A stretch of 32,000 bases of DNA from NCBI GenBank assembly GCA_964609455.1, contig CAZSRD010000011.1, forward strand, positions 1 to 32,000, given 5' to 3'. Both the position numbers and the translations under genes were made by a program. The DNA comes from an uncultured Methanosarcinales archaeon. Its GTDB lineage: Archaea > Nanobdellota > Nanobdellia > Woesearchaeales > JACPBV01. Under the pieces are notes generated by a model that made no database searches, had not been told where the DNA came from, and saw nothing but the letters and a program-made list of their open reading frames with translations. Positions 26,223-32,000 of the stretch are shown here, piece after piece (the first letter of the stretch is position 1; the number at the start of each line of letters is the position of its first letter).

Positions 26223-27266
26223 ATGGACGGGCTTATGAATGTTGTTGGAATAGGTGTAATTTCCGCGAACGGCCGCGGAATCAACAGCCATAAGGAATCT
26301 TTAAGCAGAGGATGGGTACCGCCTTCAGGAAAACTGGCGTATTGTGTATCTGCGGAAAGCCTTAATGACAAATTGGTTTTAAAGGAAATGCGCCGTGCAG
26401 ACCGTTTTAGTAAAATGGCGGCTCTGGCTGCTTGGGATGCTGTACAGGATAGCGGTATTGATCTGGATGAACTGAAATCGTCATTAGGCATTATTGTTGC
26501 AACAGCATTCGGTGCCCATGCGACAACCTTCCGCTTCTTGGATGACATTCTTGATTATGGAGACGACAATGTTTCTCCGACAGCTTTTTCTAACTCAGTA
26601 CATAATGCGGCGGGATCCTATATAGCCTCGATTCTGGGTAATCAGGGTCCTGTATTAACGATGACTCAGCTTGTTGCTTCTTTCCATCAAGCGCTTATTC
26701 TCGCAGAGTCATGGATAAAAGAAGGGAGGTGCCGAAATGTTCTTGTAGGTAGCGTGGATGAATATGCCGATGTGATGGAGTATATCTGCAGCCGTAAATT
26801 AACAATTGCTGAAGATGGTAAAATCAGACCTTTTCTGTTTACTAAAATGCCAGCATCGGTTCCCGGAGAAGGAAGTAGTTTTTTTTTAGTCACCGATCAG
26901 AATAGCCCCAAAAAGTATGCTTCGATCTCAGCATTATACGATGATAATGTACAGGAACCCGACATGCTTATTTTGGATTGTGATGGTATGGTGGGAAGCG
27001 AAGAAGGATATCGAGCAATTGGACAAACAAAGTCATTGATTTCAAGTTATGTACCGATATTTGGCAGCATGCTTACAATAAGCAGTTTTAACTGTGCTGC
27101 TGCAGCGCTTATGATTAAAGAACAATATTACTATGCTGCACCAGTGCAAGACAATCCGCACGGATTGAATTTGTGCAAGGCACATCAGCCCGCTGCAATA
27201 AGTAGTATCAGCTGTCTGAGGTATGGCTGTAAAGGTGAGAGATTGCAAATTTTTCTTAAACAATAA
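26223..27266 (+). CDS. KS-like protein lacking the active-site cysteine (chain-length-factor-like partner of KS-3)
   Basis: KS-like N-terminus VVGIGVISANG. The position equivalent to ACSS reads TQLVAS, with no Cys. No HGTGT or GH motifs. Confidence 0.65.
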   Translation: MDGLMNVVGIGVISANGRGINSHKESLSRGWVPPSGKLAYCVSAESLNDKLVLKEMRRADRFSKMAALAAWDAVQDSGIDLDELKSSLGIIVATAFGAHATTFRFLDDILDYGDDNVSPTAFSNSVHNAAGSYIASILGNQGPVLTMTQLVASFHQALILAESWIKEGRCRNVLVGSVDEYADVMEYICSRKLTIAEDGKIRPFLFTKMPASVPGEGSSFFLVTDQNSPKKYASISALYDDNVQEPDMLILDCDGMVGSEEGYRAIGQTKSLISSYVPIFGSMLTISSFNCAAAALMIKEQYYYAAPVQDNPHGLNLCKAHQPAAISSISCLRYGCKGERLQIFLKQ

Positions 27267-27282
27267 AACAAGGAGGGGTGAC

Positions 27283-27879
27283 ATGAAGCTTATTAGAAAT
27301 TTGTCTATAATAACTTTAGTGATTTTAACCTGTACTTTTTTGTTTTCATATGTATACGCGGAAAACCGTGGCAGCGAAACATATTATACTAAGGTAAACA
27401 TATGGTACGATAAACCAAACAAGATTGAGTCCACTAACTATCACAAAGGAGTAATAATACCATTTGGAACTAAAGTAAAAAATGTCAATTGCGTAGGTAA
27501 TATAATAGAATTTAGAGAGGAAGATACACCTGGTGCCAAATTTAAAATTTTCAATATCTACAAATACAGCCTTATTCCAGCAGAAGATTTATTGAGTCGG
27601 TATTTTTCTTCTAGTGACCCCAAGACAGATAATGGGGATTTTGCTGGGTTGAGTAGTCAGGAGAAGAAGAATATCGAAGATGGTGTTATTGCGGAAGGCA
27701 TGAGTAAAGAGGCTGTTATAATAGCGTATGGTTATCCGCCTAAGCATAGAACGCCTGAGTTGACAGACAATGTATGGTATTATTGGTATACTCGGACAAT
27801 TGTGGACCAAGTTAAGTTTAGCAATAACAAAGTCGTCAGTATCGAAAGAACGGACAGTGCAAAAATATTTGGGAAATAA
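27283..27879 (+). CDS. Secreted protein of unknown function, paralog A, with a BamE/SmpA_OmlA-like C-terminal motif
   Basis: RBS AAGGAGG before ATG 27283. Signal peptide ending VYA/EN. Shares the blocks YYTK.N.W...P......N.H.G.IIP.GTKVK and GMSKEAVI.AYGYPP with the 28834-29454 product. Confidence 0.65.
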   Translation: MKLIRNLSIITLVILTCTFLFSYVYAENRGSETYYTKVNIWYDKPNKIESTNYHKGVIIPFGTKVKNVNCVGNIIEFREEDTPGAKFKIFNIYKYSLIPAEDLLSRYFSSSDPKTDNGDFAGLSSQEKKNIEDGVIAEGMSKEAVIIAYGYPPKHRTPELTDNVWYYWYTRTIVDQVKFSNNKVVSIERTDSAKIFGK

Positions 27880-27906
27880 ATAAAAAATTTCTATTTCTAT
27901 CTCATT

Positions 27907-27941
27907 GGGCAACCAGAGCTCGATGCTGCCCGATTTTATTT
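27907..27941 (+). terminator. Weak candidate intrinsic terminator in the only sizeable intergenic gap of the cluster
   Basis: GGGCA (27907-27911) / TGCCC (27927-27931) with a 15 nt loop, followed by GATTTTATTT. The stem is short, so support is weak. Confidence 0.3.
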
Positions 27942-28027
27942 ATAGTAGAATAACCCACGATTCATTTATATGTGCGGAGAAAAAGAGAAAACGGACAGAA
28001 TAGGTTTATTATGCAAAATATTTAGCA

Positions 28028-28840
28028 ATGAAAAGATTACATTTATTTGAGTTTGAAGATTATGCTTGGTTCCCGTCTGTTTTTCGTAATTACATCACGG
28101 ATATCATGCGCTATGCTTATAAGCTAACAGGCATGTATGATTGCGCTATACCGTTAATAGAGAAAATGTTGGAATGCGTAAAGGGTAAAAAGATAGTTGA
28201 TCTGTGTTCAGGATCAGGTGGCCCATGGGAGCAATTGCATCAGAAAATTACGGAACAGCTTGGAGCGATAACAATTACTTTAACCGATCAATTCCCTAAC
28301 CCGAATAGTTATGACAAAGAAAAAAATACAATTACCAGAAAGATTGAATACATGGCAGAGCCAGTAGATGCGTGTAACTTACCTGCGGATTTAAAAGGGG
28401 TTAGGACAATTTTTTCAGGATTTCATCATTTTAGACCAGCGGTTGTTAAAGAGATACTGAAGAGTGTTATTGCTCAAAATGCTGCTATTGGAATTTTTGA
28501 ACACACCGAGAGGCACTTTAAGGCTATCGGTCTTTTTTTACTAAATCCATTATTTGTTTTGTTTATTACACCGTTTATTCGTCCTTTAACCCTTAGCAGG
28601 GTTCTTTGGACATACATTATACCAGTGATTCCGATTGTGTTCTCATGGGACGCTCTTGTCTCATGTTTGCGGACATATTCAATAAAAGAATTAGAAGCCA
28701 TTGTTAAGGGTATTATGAATAAGGGGTATACCTGGGAAACCGGGGTTTGTAACAATCTAAACTCAAGGTTCCCGATTAAGGTAACATATTTATTAGTATA
28801 TCCCGATGTAAAAAAAGAAAAAAAGGAGGTAATATGTTAA
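28028..28840 (+). CDS. Class I SAM-dependent methyltransferase with C-terminal transmembrane segments
   Basis: VDLCSGSGGPW (motif I, GxGxG-like). Two hydrophobic helices: AIGLFLLNPLFVLFITPFI and VLWTYIIPVIPIVFSW. Confidence 0.65.
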   Translation: MKRLHLFEFEDYAWFPSVFRNYITDIMRYAYKLTGMYDCAIPLIEKMLECVKGKKIVDLCSGSGGPWEQLHQKITEQLGAITITLTDQFPNPNSYDKEKNTITRKIEYMAEPVDACNLPADLKGVRTIFSGFHHFRPAVVKEILKSVIAQNAAIGIFEHTERHFKAIGLFLLNPLFVLFITPFIRPLTLSRVLWTYIIPVIPIVFSWDALVSCLRTYSIKELEAIVKGIMNKGYTWETGVCNNLNSRFPIKVTYLLVYPDVKKEKKEVIC

Positions 28841-29454
28841 AAGCGAAGAAAACTTTTTCTATAATTATTTTTGTCGCAATTTCTTTTGTTTCTTGCATTG
28901 CGTACGCTGATAAGCTTAACCCAAAAGAATCCTCATCCACTAAACAAATCAATCAAAAAGTACCAAAGATCGAAGAGGGAGAGATTTATTATACAAAGAC
29001 AAATATGTGGTTCGAGCGTCCTAAGAATTTTCTTTCCACAAATTTCCATGTTGGAATTATTATACCCGCTGGTACGAAAGTAAAAATTCTCCGGTGCAGT
29101 GGAAAAGAGATTCATTTTAATGATGAAGAAAATGGCGTTACCTATACTTATATACATGCAAAGAAACACAGTATTATAGGGCTGGAAGAACTATTTTATC
29201 GATATTTTTCTAAGGAAAACGTTATGGCTGAAGGCAAAGAGTTTAGCAAATTCACAAAAGAAGAGCAGGAAAATATTAAGCAGGGAATAATTACCCCAGG
29301 CATGAGTAAAGAGGCTGTTATAATGGCGTATGGTTATCCACCAACGCACAAGACGCAAAATTTAACAAGCAATGTCTGGACATATTGGAACAGCCGTGCA
29401 GACAGGCGTGTTATATATTTTAAAGACGGCGTCGTTTTAAAGATAGAAAGTTAG
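28834..29454 (+). CDS. Secreted protein or lipoprotein of unknown function, paralog B of 27283-27879
   Basis: RBS AAGGAGG. Signal peptide ending AYA/DK, with a possible lipobox FVSC. Has the same two conserved blocks as paralog A. Confidence 0.65.
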   Translation: MLKAKKTFSIIIFVAISFVSCIAYADKLNPKESSSTKQINQKVPKIEEGEIYYTKTNMWFERPKNFLSTNFHVGIIIPAGTKVKILRCSGKEIHFNDEENGVTYTYIHAKKHSIIGLEELFYRYFSKENVMAEGKEFSKFTKEEQENIKQGIITPGMSKEAVIMAYGYPPTHKTQNLTSNVWTYWNSRADRRVIYFKDGVVLKIES

Positions 29455-29484
29455 AGTTAAAAAGATGGAAAGATTGATTAAAAA

Positions 29485-29727
29485 ATGAATGTGAAAGATA
29501 TTGAAAAGATATTAGCAGAGGAAGCTGCGGCAATTCTTTCTCGAGATGCCGCAGAAATTGCTCCGGATGAACCACTGTATGCACTAGGAATAGATTCTTT
29601 GGGGTTTGTGGAGCTTTTAGTTTTTATAGAAAAGAGGTTCAATCTAAAGCTGATAGAATCTGGCCTGGGCCGTGAAGATTTCAAAAGCATACGGTCTCTA
29701 GCCTTATGTATCAGCCGTATGTCTTAG
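29485..29727 (+). CDS. Acyl carrier protein (ACP-3)
   Basis: LGIDSLGFVELL phosphopantetheine motif. 80 aa. Confidence 0.8.
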   Translation: MNVKDIEKILAEEAAAILSRDAAEIAPDEPLYALGIDSLGFVELLVFIEKRFNLKLIESGLGREDFKSIRSLALCISRMS

Positions 29728-29735
29728 GAGTAAAA

Positions 29736-31052
29736 ATGGCTCAACTGCCTTTTTCTAAAATCAAACGTTACCTTACTGGTATGGATTGGGTTATTCATAC
29801 GCTTGATCATATGAGTAAAAAGCAAACCGGTGTTGGTAATATCTCTCAGCTCGTTTTGGAGCTAAGTGGTCCACCTGCACATGATGAACTCAGAAACTCT
29901 TTAGCAGAATTTATAAAACATTACCCTGTTTCAAACGGGCGGTCTGTGAGGGGTTGTAATCTAGCACCTTATTGGAAGATTTATCGTGGAGCTGTCATCC
30001 CCCCTAGGTTAAAAATTCACGAGCTCAGTGATGCTTCGTATACCGGAGTGCTTTCGAAGTTGGAAGAGGAACTAAACCTGCCTTTTAATACCGAACGGGA
30101 ACATCTTGTTTTTCATCTGCTGTGCGCTAAAAACAGATATTTTGTAGCTATGACATTCGATCATCGCTTGCTGGACGCTCGGGGCGCAGAAGCATTTTTA
30201 GACATATTCCAGCAGGAACAAGTAGCTGGTGATAAATCCGATAGCATTTCCTTGAATGAATCGGCACATCTATGTAATTGGCGCAAGAAGTTTGTAGCAG
30301 GTAAGCATGTAAATCAGATATTCCGTACGATAGCTCAAAATACGCCGCCTATACGCCCGCTGCCAGACACATCTAAAGAAAAGAGGTTCAGGTTTAAACT
30401 TATTTCCTTTGATAAAGCAGAGACTAACCGAATTATTGAGAACATATATGACCAGACCGGATATATGATGGTTATGCCCTATGCTCTAGCGGCCAGTGTG
30501 CATATATTACATAAATATTTTATCAAAAATAGTGCGCATGCTGGTGATTATATAATTCCTGTTTCTATTGATACGCGTCCCCCAGAAAAAGTTCAACAAG
30601 AAGTATTCTTTAACCATATTTCATTCTTTATATTTCGTATTCCCCAGTCTATTTCAGGTGATTTTTCTGCTATCTTAGCATTGATCCAAAAGCAAATGTA
30701 TGAACAAGTAAAATCGCGATTACCAGAAGATTTTAAAGAGGCCAGCCATTTAATGAGAATTCTTCCTCTTGCAGTAATGGGCTTTCTCATGCATCTACCC
30801 CTGAACGGTCAAATTGCATCATTTTGCTTCTCTTATATAGGTGAGAGCGCTTATCAGTCTTCAGAGTTTATGCATGAGCGTGTACTTAATATGTTTCACA
30901 TGCCACGCGCGCCAGTACCGCCAGGATTAGGTATATATTTTAATCAGTTTCAGGGACAATTAAACGCAGTTCTTTCCTATATCGATGGGGTCTTAGACAG
31001 AGAAGAGGCAAGTGTAGTTATGGATGAGGTAAGGTCACATTTAGGCACATGA
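29736..31052 (+). CDS. Condensation-domain / WS-DGAT / PapA5-like acyltransferase
   Basis: FDHRLLDARG matches the (H)HxxxDG catalytic motif with the first His replaced by Asp. ~439 aa. RBS AGGAG before ATG 29736. Confidence 0.55.
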   Translation: MAQLPFSKIKRYLTGMDWVIHTLDHMSKKQTGVGNISQLVLELSGPPAHDELRNSLAEFIKHYPVSNGRSVRGCNLAPYWKIYRGAVIPPRLKIHELSDASYTGVLSKLEEELNLPFNTEREHLVFHLLCAKNRYFVAMTFDHRLLDARGAEAFLDIFQQEQVAGDKSDSISLNESAHLCNWRKKFVAGKHVNQIFRTIAQNTPPIRPLPDTSKEKRFRFKLISFDKAETNRIIENIYDQTGYMMVMPYALAASVHILHKYFIKNSAHAGDYIIPVSIDTRPPEKVQQEVFFNHISFFIFRIPQSISGDFSAILALIQKQMYEQVKSRLPEDFKEASHLMRILPLAVMGFLMHLPLNGQIASFCFSYIGESAYQSSEFMHERVLNMFHMPRAPVPPGLGIYFNQFQGQLNAVLSYIDGVLDREEASVVMDEVRSHLGT

Positions 31053-32000
31053 TGAAGAATGAAAAAAAATACTGCGAAATTTTGGTTGTTGGAGGCGGAG
31101 TTTCTGGCATAGCCGCAGCTATAAGCGCATCACGTTCTGGTGCTAATACAATTTTAATTGAAAAGGAATCCTTTCTCGGAGGAGCTGCTGTGGCTGGTTT
31201 GCATCAGTTTATTTGCGGACTCTATGCAAACGGTAGTAGCAAGCCAAGAAAAACTCTTAATGACGGCATAGTCAGAGAGATCTGTTCACGTCTGAAGGTT
31301 ATAGCTCCGGATAAAGTCATTGCACGAATGGGAAATGTATATGTTCACCCATTCTTAACCAAAGATCTTATATCTGTTTTTTGTTCAATGATTCACGAAA
31401 CAAAACAACTTAAAACGCTATATAATTGTAACGTTGTTTCAGTAAAAACAGACGGTAACCTTATAAAATCTGTTAGAGGACGTACCTCTAAAGGCGCGGT
31501 TGATATTTTCCCCAAAGTTGTTATTGATTGTTCAGGCAACGCTGTTATCGTTCGATCAAGCAACGCGGATTATAGCTTATCACCGCTTAAGCAGCGCCAG
31601 CTTTCAGGTTATAGTTTTCGAGTTAAAGGCTTGAATAATACAGATGACATGCTCTCTATACAAGTACCTTATCATGTTAAGCAGGCAATTAGAAAGAAGA
31701 AATTAGCGAGTTATTTAAAATTTACTACGTTTGCTTTAGGGGATAATAAGAACGAAGGCATCTTTAAGCTCAGTGTTATTCCTGTTGATAGGGCAGATAA
31801 TACTGTTTATGTAAGAAACGATGCGTGTAAATTACAGCGATACTTAGCCAGCACGTTAGCTCCTTTTAAAAATTCACACATTACAGAGATGTCATCCGAG
31901 GTTCTTGAAAGAGAGGGTATGCGGGTCAAGGGAGAATATATCTTAAAAGCAGATGATGTGATAAGAGCACGGAAATTTCCTGATGGAATTGTAAAGAATT
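31049..32000 (+). CDS. FAD-dependent oxidoreductase (partial; continues beyond the window end)
   Basis: Read from the sequence: MMKNEKKYCEILVVGGGVSGIAAAISASRSGANTILIEKESFLGG, a GxGxxG FAD fold. The frame stays open to nt 32000. ATGA-type overlap with the upstream stop. Absent from the ORF track because it has no stop. Confidence 0.7.
   Translation, partial: MMKNEKKYCEILVVGGGVSGIAAAISASRSGANTILIEKESFLGGAAVAGLHQFICGLYANGSSKPRKTLNDGIVREICSRLKVIAPDKVIARMGNVYVHPFLTKDLISVFCSMIHETKQLKTLYNCNVVSVKTDGNLIKSVRGRTSKGAVDIFPKVVIDCSGNAVIVRSSNADYSLSPLKQRQLSGYSFRVKGLNNTDDMLSIQVPYHVKQAIRKKKLASYLKFTTFALGDNKNEGIFKLSVIPVDRADNTVYVRNDACKLQRYLASTLAPFKNSHITEMSSEVLEREGMRVKGEYILKADDVIRARKFPDGIVKN

Noticed and set aside
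6281-27266. Interpreting the cluster as the housekeeping type II fatty acid synthase (fab) operon
   Set aside because: The window has no fabD, fabH, fabI/K or acc genes. The multiple ACPs, Cys-less KS partners, MMPL/LolA export, GT2-DUF2062 and LpxL-type transferase are hallmarks of specialised APE-type clusters.
27970-28050. Small ORF MCGEKEKTDRIGLLCKIFSNEKITFI in the 148 bp gap
   Set aside because: It has no RBS, overlaps the methyltransferase start out of frame, and has no distinguishing features.
9705-29735. Upstream-extended starts given by the ORF track (9705, 13517, 18047, 22489, 27223, 29706; also 1133 and 17628)
   Set aside because: The extensions overlap the preceding gene by tens of nucleotides. 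They add non-homologous residues ahead of canonical N-termini or signal peptides and lack an RBS, whereas internal ATGs have Shine-Dalgarno sequences. The starts remain predictions.
1681-30790. All minus-strand ORFs in the track (for example 1681-1902, 2188-2532, 7184-7456, 8577-8903, 9599-9916, 13085-13396, 13447-13758, 18457-18816, 24163-24540, 26204-26548, 27589-27912)
   Set aside because: Each lies entirely antisense to a + strand gene with clear family motifs. Their translations are low-complexity or Ser/Leu/Ile-rich with no recognisable motifs or RBS. These are typical shadow ORFs of AT-rich coding sequence.

Overview
AT-rich bacterial window in which every credible gene is on the + strand. 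There are three parts. (1) nt 1-52 hold the 3' end of a class II, tRNA-Ser-like tRNA. It is followed by a ~4.5 kb integrase-less, phage-satellite-like remnant carrying an HTH protein, two small zinc-ribbon proteins, a cold-shock-domain protein, a Prim-Pol/D5-type primase-helicase and an orphan small terminase subunit, framed by dense short-repeat arrays. (2) nt ~4.5-6.3 kb form a junction region with a TGTTCAGG triple repeat, a compact promoter/mini-ORF/terminator module, an outer-membrane beta-barrel protein and a 58-codon radical SAM N-terminal fragment. (3) nt 6281 to the window end hold a >25.7 kb, 27-gene, co-directional and largely translationally coupled type II FAS/PKS-like lipid cluster. 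Its scaffold matches aryl-polyene (APE)-type clusters: FabG, KS and KS/CLF pairs, ACPs, FabZ-like dehydratase, thioesterase, LolA-like/MMPL/DUF3261-like export, GT2-DUF2062, and PlsC- and LpxL-type acyltransferases. It additionally carries three radical SAM enzymes (one SPASM type fused to a hotdog domain, two tandem B12-binding type), two flavin oxidoreductases, a PaaK/F390-type ligase, a membrane-anchored methyltransferase flanked by paralogous secreted proteins, a third ACP and a condensation-like acyltransferase. This radical-SAM-augmented cluster is the main candidate for an undescribed system. From memory, its gene order resembles clusters proposed, but never biochemically proven, for ladderane lipid synthesis in anammox bacteria. 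The source organism cannot be determined from this window. All homology statements rest on motif recognition by eye; no searches were run.
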